Shown: positions 38,912 to 53,725, counted from the stretch's first letter. The stretch is DNA of 64,000 nucleotides from Marsupella aquatica (GCA_973895155.1 OZ316892.1:6493251-6557250); one strand, 5' to 3'. Made by a program: numbers and translations. Notes: generated from the letters alone by a model not told the origin.

Positions 38912-41895
38912 TCAACACTTTCGAAGAAACCTAACATTCCACAATGTATTCATTCCTAACACATTCCGTAAGCAGAGTTGTTTCTCTTCTTTGTTGGGCA
39001 TTGGCAATGTTGCATCACTACAATACACTGCCTTAACTGATACTCGCACCCAAGGACTCTCAATCATGACATAATGAAATTTATCCTCTCCTGGTAACCC
39101 TGTCACTTCACCTCTAGCAACAACTGTAGAGCGATCCACAACGCTTCGTACTTCTACAGCATCTCCTTTTGAAAACTGCCACACAAAATTGTTAGGACAA
39201 AATATTGTCTTGTAGTACTGATTTGGGCATATCATCAATTTAAGAACATAAACCAACTGAAAACAAATTCACCTTTGCTGCTGGATTTGGGGAGAGAACT
39301 GGTCCTCGTTCACTAGGTGAGATAGTGATAGGGGTTGTTTTCTTGAATCTCTTTGAAGGCCTAGGTGGTGTAGCCTCTTGTTCCTGAATTGCATTTGACA
39401 CTATCTATTCATCTGTGATAGCAATCTCATCACTCTCACCATTACCAATGCTGCTTTGTACAATGCAAGGTTCTTGCAGTGCTCCCAAATTTGCTTCTCC
39501 CATACTTGGCTTTGGCTTCTACCTTGTTAAAGTATCTGATTTCTCTCGCTGTGATACAGGATTCTCCCCTGAAGAAGCTACCACAAAACCAAACAATGAA
39601 TGTTTAGAAAACTTCATTCCAAATTGAAAAATAAATTATTGCATATGTAACATGTTTAGAGTATAAGTTTGTATGTTCTTACCATCACCATCACTTGAGA
39701 AAGTAAGAGAACGTTTCCTGCTACTACCTTTAGGCTCAACCACCACCTTAGTAGCAATTGCATTTGATAATTGCATATGGAACTGATTCTGTTGATTTTG
39801 TGCAATGAAAGAAGTCATCATAGATGTCAAATTGTCCACTTTGAACTCAAGCTTGGTTAAATTCTCCACAGACTGTTCAAGCTTGAGTAATCAAGCTGGT
39901 TCCTCAATTGTAGTTTTCCTGGACAGTGGAGTCTACATACACAAACACACCATACAATGTCAATCATCAATAATAATTTGAACATCATGGATAACTTATA
40001 ATCAAAATTGAATATATATACAGGTTTTCATTACATACCGCTGATCCATGTGCAGATCCAATTCCAACAAAACTATTGCCTCGATGTTCACCACTGCCCA
40101 TAGATGGACTGATATGCACTGGGGGGACTGGACTACTAGACACAAGTTTTGATATAACAGGGCTTGTCAATCCTTTTGCTTTCTGGAAACACATAATCAC
40201 ATTCAAAGCAATTAGAATATTAATGAGAACTCATCATGTCATTGTTTACTCCTATACTAGATAAACACTTCAATTCAAATGACAATCTAGACCTGCAGTG
40301 AGATGGACCATCTGAAGATTCTTACCAATCTTTTTTCTGCTCCAGCAGCCCCTCCTCTTCCAAAATGCTCTTTGTTCACCACTTCTGCCCTCCTTGCTTT
40401 CATCACAGCACTCCTTGCAAGCAAAGCAGGACTATCAAAATGATCCACCAGTCGTGCCCATTTCAATGGGTCAACATATTGAGGTCCTGGTTTGGAGCGA
40501 TCACGTTTACATACATCCTTCCAATAAGTATTTAGTTTGTGACATTCTCTTTTCAATAACGTCCGACAGTGACTAATAAATTTCTTGTCAGACACTGACT
40601 GCTTATCTGGATACTCCCAATCTGCCTCCATCAATTTCTGCACATCCTCAATTATGTTTGGATCTTGTTTGTTCCAATCAGGTTCTGATACATCAAAAAG
40701 CCTCAAGACATTGGCACGTAGCTCCTCCATCCAATATGGTTTATTAGGATGAGAATCATCAATATCATTGTCATGAATCTGATAAAAACACCACAAATGA
40801 TAGTCATCAATATTGAGAATGAAACAAACACCCAATTGCTTCTGAGTACACAAACTGTAGGCCACAAATGTGAAATGTGCAATGAAAATCTTACCGTTAT
40901 CAATTTTCCCTTCTTATTGTCAGCCCTTCTTACACTACCGGTTCTCTGGAATTGTTTTTTGGCTTGCCTAGATTCCCTGCGTTGCTCTGTTGCAGTCTTT
41001 CTTCCCTCTACATACACAATGAACATCCAATATTGATCATCCACAATTGTAAAATGAGGGACAAGAAATATTACAATATAATAGGAGGACGCTTCATTGA
41101 ATTTGACTTACCTGAACCCTGACTGGATGTCACTACTGTAGAGTGTCCAGATTTCCCAATCGATGTTGATGGAACCACCACTATACACATGCAAACCACT
41201 GGAATTATGAATCCAACATTCATATAGATCAACATTGAAAAATACATTGAAAATCTTTGAAATTACTTACATTCAAATAGCTGGCCAGTCACAGGGTCTT
41301 TGTAACATTGCACCATGCCACTCATGGAAGGTCCAACCTTTGTAGGGGTTTCTTTTGCATCTGCCAAGCTCTTGGATGGAGGTTGCAGATGGACCTGTCC
41401 AGATCAAGTTAAAACCAATGTTATTAAACAGAATCACTACCAATGTCTATAGTTTCCTCATATTGTTGGTGAATGTAATAGGAATCTCACCTTGGATGAA
41501 CTTTGTGGTTTCTCATCTTCACTGTACTCAGCATCAGTGTCATAATCTGATTCAGAGCCCTCATCACCAGACTCTGCCATACTCACTGAGACAATTCTTG
41601 ATAGTCTGGAGCTCTGTCTCCTCTGTGTGGTAACCTCACTTCTAGGAGTTCGACGTGCACTTGTTTCCTTCTTGCGCCCTATGGTCTGTGTTGCACCCAA
41701 TCTACATCAGAGAATATCAATGAATGAATGACAAGTACCAACAACCAACTCATATTGCTGATGAGCAATATTAACACATCTTTGCACATTCAAAACAACA
41801 TGCAAGATTATACTCACATGAAATTGAAATTTTCTCCAAATATCTCCCTGAATTTTTTATTGTTGTCTGCTACCTTCTTATTTTGTTCCTCCTCA
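38912..41895 (-). CDS. Multi-exon TnpA-like protein of CACTA-A2
   Basis: Near-identical to 18561-21545; exon limits approximate. Confidence 0.78.
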
Positions 41896-41999
41896 TATGG
41901 AGGTATTCGCTGCATTCACTGCTAGACCATGGCATGCCATGTTAGTATGATCCCACTATCAACTAAATGAAACCGGACTGTACAGTATCTTCAAACCAT

Positions 42000-44900
42000 T
42001 CATTTCCTTTTATACTTTCTTTTTCCTTTGTCTATAGTACTTGGTCCAGGCTCCTGTCTAGTTATACAGGCTTCTGCCAACTCTATGTGAAACTTAGCAT
42101 TGTCATCCATAGTATCATGGAAATCAACTTCCATGTAATCACCCAACACCCTTGTAGATCTGGATTCCTTGTGGAGGATTGTCCTCCATGCAATCCCCTT
42201 ATCATTTGGGTAAAAAAACACCTGTTCTATCTGTCGTGGCAATACATAGTCCATTTTCTTGGAAGCACCCAGCTCCTTCTGAAAATTTACTTGCCACAAT
42301 CCAGACGTATCATATCTCATACTTGCTGTGGCTTTGGGAGTCCAAGATGGGTTTGCCCACCTTCCTTTGAAAAGGACCACTTCCTTTATCAGAGGCCCAT
42401 AGTTCAACACTAAGATGTCTGTCAACACCCCCACATATTGTACAAATTCATCTACTGTTGCCCCTGACCTAATGACCCGCTTCTTAGTGAATGTACAAGC
42501 CATCCCAGAATCAAAAGTCTTGAACCCAGATGAGTCACAATCAATCAAGGAACCTAGTGATGGAATGGTCCTCCAATGGTGCCCATAGGCTCTGCAGGCC
42601 CTGTACCGTAGTACCTTCAGACTAGGTGGTACACTATATGCTGCCAACACCATTCGTTCAAACTCATTCTCAAAATTATGCCTTCTAATTGTCACTTCAA
42701 ACCATTCTCTAAAAGGAGGCAACTCATCCAAATCAGAGGGATAAGGCACAGGATTCCTCCGATTTCCTGGATTCTTCATCCATTCTTTCCGGAAATCTGC
42801 TCTGTGCTTGGTAACTGCCTCCTTTTGATCATCATAAACCCTGCATGGCAAGAATGACAGTCAGCTCCTAGGCCCACACAATTTTTGCTCAAAACTCAAT
42901 TCTGTTTAATAATAAACAACAGAGAACCTATACCATGGTTCCACCAGCTCTTCATTCTCTAGTATGTAATGATGCATAGCTATCATATCATTCCACTCCA
43001 AGGTGATCTGTTTTCCAGCTCCTTCCAAGACAATGCCTGCAACACTAGGATTCTCCTCCAAGTCCCATGTTCTCATTCCTGTCCCCTTAACATCGATCAT
43101 GTATTCAGAAAGGAATCCTAAAGATTCATCTAGAAGGTAGCCTTCAGCCATAAAACCTCTGGACGTGCCTTGTTTCGAACATAACCCTTCAAGGTCTTTA
43201 GATATCTTTCTATTGGGTACATCCATCTAATGTTCACTGGACCACAGATGTCTAGTTCCTGAACCAGATGAATCAACAGATGGGTCATGACATCAAAGAA
43301 GCTTGGTGGGAAATGAATTTCCATAAGGCAGAGTGTGAATGCAACATCCATCATCACAGAGTCGTACTGTGAGGGATCCCAAACCTTGGCACAGATGGTA
43401 CGCCACACATTGCTCACTCTGGCTATGGCCAACCGAACACCTTCATCAAGTAATCCCATTGTTGCCAATGGAAGGATTTGTTGCATGAGGTGATGGAAAT
43501 CGTGAGATTTCAGCCCTGATAACTTCTTCCTAACTGTGACACATTTAGCCAGAGAACTGCTGAAACCAGTGGGCCCTTTAAAGGTCAACAATACCTCTAA
43601 GAACTTAGTCTTCTCTGTCTTACTGAGGCAGTATGGGGCTGGCGGCATGATCTTTGAATCTTTTTTAGGATCTGGATTTGGAACCAGCCACAAGTGTTCC
43701 CACACGTCCATGACTTTCATGTCTTCTCGAACAGAAGGAGTATCCTTTGTCCCCAAAATAGTGTGCACGATGTTGTGTGCAAGATTCTTCTCACAGTGCA
43801 TGGGATCCAAACAATGGTTGATGAGAAGTTTCTGCATTGGACGCACAGTTCAGTACAAACTAAGTTAGAATAAGAAATGTTACTCCTTGCTACTTAACAT
43901 TAATACACACTGAGGGATTCAGTATGGGAAACCAGATACTTACACTCCAGTACGGCAGCTTGTATAATCCAGTAACCCTCTTCACTCCATTCTTCTTTAC
44001 TGGAGAGTTTTCATCATCCAGCGCATTCCCTGGTTTCTTCTCCACATATTTAGCGGCCTTTTCTCCCCAACGTTTCCTATCAGAGCTGGACACTCTACAC
44101 GGTGCATCTCGTGCCTCTACCTCACCATTAAAGTATTTTGCCACTTCCTCTTTGCGAAAATAGTGCCTCTGTGGTAACCAGCGATGATGGCCAGCAAACA
44201 GTAACTTGCCCAACTGTTTTGAACCATGTGCCACACAATTTGGCCCACAAACCACACATCCTTTGTACCCTGCATGTTGTTGGCCAGAGACTAATCCATA
44301 TGCAGGATAATCATTGATTGTCCACAATACTGAAGCCCTTAGCTTGAACTCTTGCTGCAATCCTAGCCTTGGTAGAACATCAAAACAATCCACTCCTTCT
44401 GACCATAATGTCTCAAGATCATCCACAAGTGGAGCCATGTATACATCAAATTGTTCCTCGCTTACAGACACAGGACCTGGAATTAGAAGAGCCAGCATGA
44501 CAAAGAACTTCTTTGTGGAAAGCCAAGGAGGGATATTATAATTCAACAGCAGGATTGGCCATGTAGACCAGGCAGTAGAATTATTCCCAAATGGATTTAC
44601 CCCATCAAGTGCCAATCCCATTCGCACATTCCTTGGCTCAGCAGCAAAAGCAGGGTCGATCTCTGTGTCCACATGTTTCCATGCCTTTGAATCTGCTGGA
44701 TGTCGGACCATGTTGTCCTTGCTCTTGTTCTCATGATGCCAAGTCATTAGCTTAGATGTACCCTTAGTGGCATACAATCTCTTCAATCGAGGGATTATAG
44801 GGAAATATCTCAAGACCTTCACAGGTTGTAAAGAATTCCCCACTAACTTCATCTTTGGCTGATTACACTTGGAACAATTGTCCAACTCTGCAGTCTCATT

Positions 44901-45762
44901 TCTAAATAACATACATCCATTCTCACAGACTGGGATTCTCTCATAGTCTAAACCCAATTTTCTCAGTAATTGTTTTGCAGCATATAGGTTTTTAGGGAGA
45001 GTGTGCTCTGTTGGCATTCCATGCTCAGTCAACAAAGACAGCATGGCATTCACTTCCCGTGTTCGAGAACCTATTGTTGTGACAGATGTTTAAAAACAAC
45101 AACATGAAGGAAACTACATCTGTCTTACTGCCTGGAAATAAGGGTTTCATGGCTTCTTCTAAAGACCCTTGCAGAGGGACAGGATTTATAGGATGCCCTG
45201 CTGTAGGTGTGTCCTCAGCCCTGGTCTCAGCAAAGGGTGGATCTGCCTCATTCTCATCATTTTGAAACATTGAATCTATATCAAAAGGAGGATCATTATC
45301 CACATATTCGTCAGACTCTTCAGAAGCTCTTGCCAATGTCTCCTGAAGTAAAACTCTGACCTGCTCTTCAACATCTATTGATGGCTGGCCTGAGTGGAAT
45401 GCCTCTCGAGACATTCCTGCCCTCAGTGCCTCTGTACCAGAGTTACGGATGTAATTGGATCTCCACTCCTCATCAGAAGAGTCTTCACCCTCTCCTACCC
45501 ACACTCGATAGGCAGGGTAGCGGCCATATTTAAGAAGATATTGTCGACTGGTCTTTCGAGTAGTCTTAACAATCCCTTTGCATTCCATGCAAGAGCAATA
45601 TATTCTATGATCAGCACTACCAGAGCAAGCTGTCTGTTCCCGAGCCCATAAGTTATCATCACGACGTTGTATTCGACATGGATGGGAAAGAGGTAAACTT
45701 CTCAGGTTGTCTGCCTCTATTGTATGTGCAGTGTTATGTGACCCAGCCTGGCTAGAAGCCAT
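42000..45762 (-). pseudogene. TnpD transposase of CACTA-A2
   Basis: Same motifs as A1; frameshift near 45054 (shared with A1), 1-nt deletion near 43155, and a deletion damaging the splice donor near 42925. Confidence 0.95.
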
Positions 45763-46778
45763 GATTGTAGCACTACCTAATCAAAAACACAGTTGCACAT
45801 CTTTCTTCTGTGACATCTTGCAGAGCTCTAGACAACTCCAAAACCCTTCCATACCATCTTCTAGAGCGTCATGTGAAGCAAACATGTGCACAAGTGAAGA
45901 CTAGACATACATTTGAGGTACAGTACTCCAACTGAGGTAAAGGCAGCTCCCACTTTAGCCTTCATTGCCAATAGAATAGTACATGCATGCCAACAACAGG
46001 TAAACAGATGACATATTAGCAACTTGATCAGAAATTATTTACTTGGGTACGTTACCTAATCTCATTTCATATTGTAAGTGGCAATGGGTATTTGAAGGAG
46101 ACTTGAATTGTACAAATCAAAATGTCATCAGTTTACAAGACCAAAGAAAGGCCTACCTGAACCAGATTTAGGCCAAGGGTGTTCACAGTAGTCAGCAATC
46201 TCAGACCCTTCAAAATAGTGAGTACAATAAGAAACATTAATCATAATGTCCATCAATCCCCTCCTTCATTCTTTGACTTTTGAATACATTTGTTGAAAGT
46301 CCTCTTCAAATATATAGGCAATTTTTATTTGGGCAGGTACTAGAATAGATTCCACATCACAACATTTCATCATCCCCACACAAACCAGGATACATATGGA
46401 CAAGGGCCTGAAAGGGTTTCATGTAATCTACATAATTAAACATATAGTGTTTCTGTGCAGTAGTAAGAATGAAATACAGTCACTCAGTCTTCAAAATTAT
46501 CAAAAAGGAGAAAGTTCTAAGACCCGGGTTGAAGGAGTTGTTAAGGGTGTTGACCCGGGTTTAGAAAGGCAGTACTACAAAACTTGAGAGACATTACGTG
46601 AAGTTTGCCTTGTTATGCCCAAATCCCTCAGTCAAAGGGACAACAAGAATTTTAAGACCTTGGGTGGATTTTAGGTCTTGCCTCTTAAGGTCAGTGTGAT
46701 GTTTTTTTAGTTCTTTTGTTATGTATCTCCATTCAGGCTCTTCATATGTTTGCCATTGACAAAACAGTCATCATACAA

Positions 46779-47225
46779 TCAGAATTGATACTGGTCTTTC
46801 TCCACTAAGTGCTGCTCTACTCTAGGGCAAACAGTCTCAACCCCTGGTCCCAAGATTGGCTCATCATGGTGGAACATTATACAGGCACACCTCCTTTGCA
46901 GTCTAATGTGTCCATCCCGCCTATATATATCCCCAGGGCGCACTCGACATTTTGGGCAAAAATCCTCACAACTATGGATACAGGCAGAGTAGCAGATCTG
47001 CTGTGGTTGTACCACTCCATTATCGACTGCCACAATACAAAAACCTATGGGCAAGGGTGGAGCATCCAGAGTAATGGGCCGACTATACGTGTCTCTGTGT
47101 ACAGGCAAAAACTCCCATTGCATAGCAGAACTGGCAGGGACCAACCTCATTCCACTCAGCTTCAGGCGTAGCCTCTCAGCTCTACCTTCAAGGTCAGCTC
47201 CCAATCTGCTGCGCGTCCTTGGCAT
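46779..47225 (-). CDS. 148-aa Cys-rich cargo protein of unknown function (intact in A2)
   Basis: MPRTRS..CYSACIHSCEDFCPKC..CAC..C; same length in both A copies. Confidence 0.65.
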   Translation of the reverse strand: MPRTRSRLGADLEGRAERLRLKLSGMRLVPASSAMQWEFLPVHRDTYSRPITLDAPPLPIGFCIVAVDNGVVQPQQICYSACIHSCEDFCPKCRVRPGDIYRRDGHIRLQRRCACIMFHHDEPILGPGVETVCPRVEQHLVEKDQYQF

Positions 47226-47431
47226 TACTGTAACAAATACAAGAAGCAATAATTTATCCAACCCAAACACTCAATGAAATTCATGCAACAATTTAAGATT
47301 CAACTATTTCATACAATCAGATAGTCCATTAGATAGTGTAGTCCACTTCATACTATAATCAAACAATTTAGTCCACTTCATGAATACTTAATACTATGTC
47401 GTGTTTCTCTACACAACTGAAGGCTTATGAT

Positions 47432-48130
47432 CTATTTGAAATCATGAGGTGGCACATCAGAACCCTCTGGAATGACATGGCGATTGCAGTACACCATACG
47501 CCATGGACCAATATCCCAAGTTTCTCTACCCTTAACCCCTCTCTTCAGGTGTTTGTCTGCCTCTGGTCCTTCATCTCTGCACCACGCACGAGGGCACCTA
47601 CGACACTGGATAAATTCCCAGATGCCATCCCGATACTCCTTGCACACATCACAATAATGCCTTGGGCATATCAGAGCAGCGGGATGTGCATCTGAGTTCT
47701 CTGGATAAGTTATCAGAGGCAACTCGTTCGCCCTCAATATAGTCCGTAGACAACCCACATGGTAAAAGGAATAGCAATCGTCCTGTGCACACTGAATCAC
47801 AAGGGGCTCATCTGTAGTGGGTTTCACGGTTCGGCCAAGTGACCCACAAGCAAAGCAACAAGCTCGGTTCTGCTGACAGAGGTCACAGAGCCACTCCTTG
47901 TCCCAATCATGCCCTCTAGAAATGGCAATGCGTGTGCACTCAGGCCCATGGCCATCAGGCTCCTCAACATCCTGCCCATCAACTAAGTAATGAAAATGTC
48001 GACTGCAAGGCCCATCGCAGAACAAAACAGTACCTCCCTCATCACATTCAAAACAACAGGGGGGATCCATGCGAAGGTGCTCCTTATGGGCAAACTTGGG
48101 ATCCAACCAGGCAGCAGCAGCCCGTGCCAT
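47432..48130 (-). CDS. EDM2/NSD-type tandem PHD-finger protein (232 aa), cargo of CACTA-A2
   Basis: 22 of 232 residues differ from the A1 copy by my count; no indels or stops; predicted Zn ligands retained. Confidence 0.85.
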   Translation of the reverse strand: MARAAAAWLDPKFAHKEHLRMDPPCCFECDEGGTVLFCDGPCSRHFHYLVDGQDVEEPDGHGPECTRIAISRGHDWDKEWLCDLCQQNRACCFACGSLGRTVKPTTDEPLVIQCAQDDCYSFYHVGCLRTILRANELPLITYPENSDAHPAALICPRHYCDVCKEYRDGIWEFIQCRRCPRAWCRDEGPEADKHLKRGVKGRETWDIGPWRMVYCNRHVIPEGSDVPPHDFK

Positions 48131-51100
48131 GCTGAAGAAAATAAAATCTGCACAATTGCCTTCAACATCACTCCAAAGTCCATTCAAAAACCAAGAGACA
48201 AACACAAAGAAGGTAAGTGAAGTGTACTTACTCACAGAGCAGTTGAGCCAGCCCCAGTCGCACCTCCAACCAGCACAGACCTGTGGTTACCACACTCATC
48301 AGTCTCCCCAATATTTATTCCCCAATTGCCCCAATATTTATTCTCAGTCTAGCCAAACCAGCCTACAGGCCTACACCAGCTATTAAGTTTTCCCTAACGT
48401 CCCAACTGACAAAACAGCTCAGCCTCTGTTGCACTTAAACTAGAACAGAACATACATCTGAAAATATTCTGATCATCACCTCCAAACCTTCCGCTTTAAC
48501 AAACAAATCACAGCCGTCCGTACGTAGCTCTCAATCAATAAACATACAAACCCTGAGAGACACACCCTATCAAATTACTTTAGGAGAAGTAAATATACTC
48601 TACTGTAACTGAATTCTAGGTTTGACATGATTGTATGAATTTTAATGGGTATCCTGTTCAGGAGATCATTAGTTGAAGTGTTCTAAGCAGCTCCAATTCT
48701 CAAATACGCACCTAAGGCCTTAGCAGAATTAATAATTACAGGCTTGTTGCAAAAACTATAAGGCCAGACAGGATACCTTAAGGGTGAAAGGTTTGCGGAC
48801 AATCTGTAGAGAGCAGATTGCCTACAATCAAATCGAGACGCCCATAAACCCTGCACAACCACCACACAACAATTGCACATTGCTGACAGGAAATCACATG
48901 AAAGAATGCAGTATAACCAGAAGGGAAGAAGTATAATGCTTCTAAAATTAACGGACTTTGAAGAGCATAGCAGACCTCAGACATGATTTGCCGTTTGGTT
49001 CAGACAAAAATTAATGAGACAAGAGAGACAACAAGGTACCCGAACCTTGCAGCGGGAAGGGGAAAAAGGGACGCAATGGAGGAAAGAGGAGAAGATGGGC
49101 TTTCAAAAGAGAAAACACGACCGAGCAGGGTGAGACAAGCAAGACTTCATCAAAGGACAGAACGCTGGAGTATGAAATCCATGATTACTCTGTTTTTAGA
49201 TATATTATATTTTCAGAAGAATAAGGAAGCAAGGCCTAGTGGATCCACACTGTCTTAAAGGTACTAGCGGGCAATATACAAACATCCAATCCCAAGCCAA
49301 CAGATATAACATTTCTTGGCCAGCACAGACAGGAAGCTCGAGAGGAGCACAAAGCAAGCCGCACAGGGTGAGAGAGAGGCATGAACACAAAAACCTATAC
49401 AGACCAGAACGAAAGCTCCCTTCAAGCTGGGACTCTACTCTTGATTGATCGATGTTGCTGATACTAGCTAGTGCACTTTACTGAACTGAAAAAAACATTG
49501 ACAGCATCGGGCAGTGTAAGTGAAAATGAAAGCATTAAGAAGCAACAGTAGTCTCAGGGATTGAGGTGGGGTTTTAGGTAGCTTTGGTGCAGGAAAAAGT
49601 AAGGAGGGAATGCTAGGCATTTCCTAAGACCAGTAGCCCAATCAAGGTGATCAGAGCAATAAGTAAAATACAAACGGGGATACAAATGGCAAAGGCATGA
49701 CAAGAGAAAAGGGAATGGCCAAGGCATGACCACACGCAGCTCAAAGCCAAAGCAGAAATTCCAGAGCAAAGTCAAGAAGGACCAAAAATGATGTAGCGGT
49801 ACACACCAGATCACCCCAGATCACCCCAGATGCCTTCTACTTTTCCAATACCGCTGATGCAGACCCTAATGTCGAGCCCTCGCGCCTGCACACTTGATAC
49901 CCCCGATCAATTTCATACCATCACAAACGAGTACCGTATGCAATGTTCAAGAAGATGTTGCATCTGCAACCCAGGTTGAGACCATTTTCAGGGAGCGCAG
50001 ACGACAGCGCATGTTGATTTGACAGATAAGGGAGCAACATTGAAAGAAAAGCAAGCTGCATATTGAAGACTTAACATTGAAAGCTACCGTGGGAATACTC
50101 ACAAATCAGCAGCGGCCTCCAGTGCAATGCCTCCCACCCCCTCCACGTTCTCCTTCAAAGCCACGCTAAGGTCGACGCTACACACTACACTCACAGGAGA
50201 GAGATCGATCAAGGCAAAAATGCAAATCCGCAACCTTAGAGTACACTGTATGGAGAAAAAGAGCAATAGGGGAAGAAAAGCAAGGGAAGCAGACACAAAA
50301 GCATTAAGCAAAAGACAAACGGGGATGCCAAGCAGAAAGCATGATAGGAGAGAAGCGAATGGTTGAGGCATGACAAGACGCAGCTCAAAGCCAAAACAAA
50401 GAGGCATACATACCTTCAACCGGAAACTCTCTTTAAGCTCAAACACACAGAAGCTGCAGCAACTCGCAGCTTCCCCTAGCGCTCGATCACACCAACTCAC
50501 AACAATCTGTAGTTGCTCGCAGCAGTTTGCAGCAAGTCCCTAAACTCCCAGCAGCTTGCAGCTCCCACCAACACCTCTCAGCGGCTCCCAGCGAGTCCAA
50601 CAGCGCACCAGGAAATCTCCTGAGGAATGCAGGTCCGAGCTCGAGCTCGATCGTCAACAACTTACAGTGAAGCAAGGAACTTCCTTCACAGTCCTAAGGT
50701 GCAACTCGCGACTCTATTCTTGCTGCTTCGATCACAAAAGGTCCTTTCAGGTGAGCGCCCCTCCTTCCTGGTCGCCGTTGCACTGATTGCTGGCAGCTAG
50801 AGTTCCCTTCCACAATGACGGGAGTGTGCGTGTGCTTGAGGTGATCAGCGATGGTGGGCTGTACATAAGGGCAGCAGTAGGGAGTTCCCCCAAGAGTTAT
50901 GAGCCTTTCAGAAATCACGATGGCGGCAGCAAGTAGGAACGTAGGAGCTCGGTCCTAGGGCAGCTTCCCACTGCCCACAATAACAAAGTGCGACCCTCCT
51001 CCTCCACCCTAAACCGTAGTCCCAAGTTGCAGCTGAACTCCACAGCATCCGATTAGAAGGCCAGACTAAACTCCCGAGTTGATGAGTGAGTAAGTGCACT

Positions 51101-51914
51101 CTGCGTCGCAACGATAAACCCTTCGACAAACTGCGCAAAGGAGCAGGAAAACCTCAACATTCGATAAGCTCTTCGCAAAGTTCTTTGTGAAACAGGGAAT
51201 CCAATGAGCCGGGTGCTTCTAGCAGTTCCCGCCAGTGACAAAGGCAAGGGCCGGGGGATTGAGGGGATGACATGTGGACGATGGAGATTGCATCCAACTG
51301 CGACTATGAACGGGAAACTTCAACGGTCCAAGTGAAGGGGTTACTAGGGCCTTATTCCCCCCATAAAGGACTTAATTAAGTATGTGATGTCATTAGGGAG
51401 TGGAAAATGACTTTGCACCACCCATAACTATTTTTCTCCCCCAAAAGTGCAAAAATTACTAACACACCCTCTAGAGAAAAACAATTCCAAGAAGCCCCTT
51501 TGGGCAATCCATCAGCCATAAAGCATCTCAAATAATTGAAATGTGTGGCTAAGTTAACAGGAGGAGTTAATTGGCAGCCTAAAGGATATTTGGCGGTACC
51601 TTAACGGAGTTCTGGGCGTAATTTAGCAAAAGACATAATCTGCAATTTGGGCCCCTTTTTTCTTAACTGAAATGATGGAAACTTGGTACGGAGCAGTACA
51701 ATAAATCATCTAAATGAGAACTTACTCCAGAATATCTAACATAGATATAGTCAAGTGTGTTTGGTATACTAAGGGACCAAAAGCTATCGTGACTCTTTTG
51801 CCCTCATGACATATATGCAATGGTATGACCCCCATAAAGTGAAGTCTGCCCATATAATGACTCCAACATGGAAACAAAGTAACATAGACCAGATTAGGGT
51901 CCAGGGTTGAAGTG

Positions 51915-53725
51915 TACCCTATCCCGCACCATGTGGAGTGGGTAGCATCCCTAATGGCCGGCTCAGATCATGTATATTGTAAATAAGCCCCCAAAGGCCC
52001 CAAGGAGTCATATTGTCCATGGCATGCTTGACTGCCGCATTGACATCATCAATTTATGACTCATATTTGTGTCATTTGCTTAAATGACACCCCTCAGCAC
52101 TCCACAAATGACAAAAACCTTCAATCACATGCACAAATGACTCAAGATCCCTTACAAATGACCAAATGGGAGTGGTTTGCACTCCTTTGGACAAATGACT
52201 CCAAAGTCATACAACTTGGGAGTGTTTTGCCCAAAGTTGGGTGATGCCCTTCCATGATGCAAAATGTGTGCTTTAAAAAGTGTTGTGGAGGCCAAGTGGC
52301 ATAACTAGTGGCTCACGGTGTACAAGTACCCCATCCCGCACCATGTGGAGTGGGTAGCATCCCTAATGGCCGGCTACGATCATGTATATTGCGAATAATC
52401 CCCCAAAGGCCCCAAGGAGTCATATTGTCCATGGCATGCTTGACTGCCACATTGACATCATCAATTTATGACTCATATTTGTGTCATTTGCTTAAATGAC
52501 ACCCCTCGACACTCCACAAATGACAAAAACCTTCAATCACATGCACAAATGACTCAAGATCCCTTACAAATGACCAAATGGGAGTGGTTTGCACTCCTTT
52601 GGACAAATGACTCCAAAGTCATACAACTTGGGAGTGTTTTGCCCAAAGTTGGGTGATGCCCTTCCATGATGCAAAATGTGTGCTTTAAAAAGTGTTGTGG
52701 AGGCCAAGTGGCATAACTAGTGGCTCACGGTGTACAAGTACCCCATCCCGCACCATGTGGAGTGGGTAGCATCCCTAATGGCCGGCTACGATCACGTATA
52801 TTGCGAATAAGCCCCCAAAGGCCCCAAGGAGTCATATTGTCCATGGCATGCTTGACTGCCGCATTGACATCATCAATGACTCATATTTGTGTCATTTGCT
52901 TAAATGACACCCCTCAGCACTCCACAAATGACAAAAACCTTTAGTCAAGTGCACAAATGACTCTATATCCCTTGCAAATGACAAAATGCGAGTGGTTTGC
53001 ACCCCTTTGGGCAAATGACTCCAAAGTCATACAACTTGGGAGTGTTTTGCCCAAAGTTGGGCCATGCCCTTCCAAGGTGAAAAAGTTGGGTCATAAAAAC
53101 TATTGCGAGGTCAAATTGAGATAACTAGTGGCCCAGAGTTTAGGTGTACCCTACCCCGCTCCATGTGGAGTGGGTAGCATCCCTAATGCTGGGCTACAAT
53201 CATGGATATAGCCAATTGACCCCCGGAGGCCCCAAAGAGTCATATTGTCCATGGCATGCATGACTGCAACAGTGACATCATGAATGACCCATTTTTGTGT
53301 CATTTACATGAATGATGTCTCCCAGCACTTCCTAAATGACACAAACCCTTAGTCACGTGCACAAATGACTCTAGATCCCTTGCCAATGATTCACAATAGT
53401 GGTTTGCACCCCTTTGGGCAAATGACTCCAAAGTCATACAACTTGGGAGTGTTTTGCCCAAAGTTGGGTGATGCCCTTCCATGATGCAAAAGGTGTGTTT
53501 TAAAAAGTGTTGTGGAGGCCAAATGGCATAACCAGTGGCCCAGGTTTGTCAAGTACCCTATCCCGCACCATGTGAAGTGGGTATCATCCTTAATGGCCGG
53601 CCCCTATCACCAATGGGGTCAATCAGCCACCAAAGGCTCTTAAGAGTCATATTCTGCATGGCATACGTGACCACAACATTGACATCCCAAATGACATTTG
53701 CATAAATGACATCTAGCGGCACTTG
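51915..53725. repeat. ~408-412-bp subterminal tandem repeat (~4.4 copies)
   Basis: CCCGC.CCATGTG recurs near 51923, 52335, 52747, 53155 and 53562. Confidence 0.92.

Noticed and set aside
51915-53725. Regularly spaced repeats as a CRISPR-like array
   Set aside because: Whole 408-412-bp units are repeated with no unique spacers; eukaryotic TE context and no cas genes
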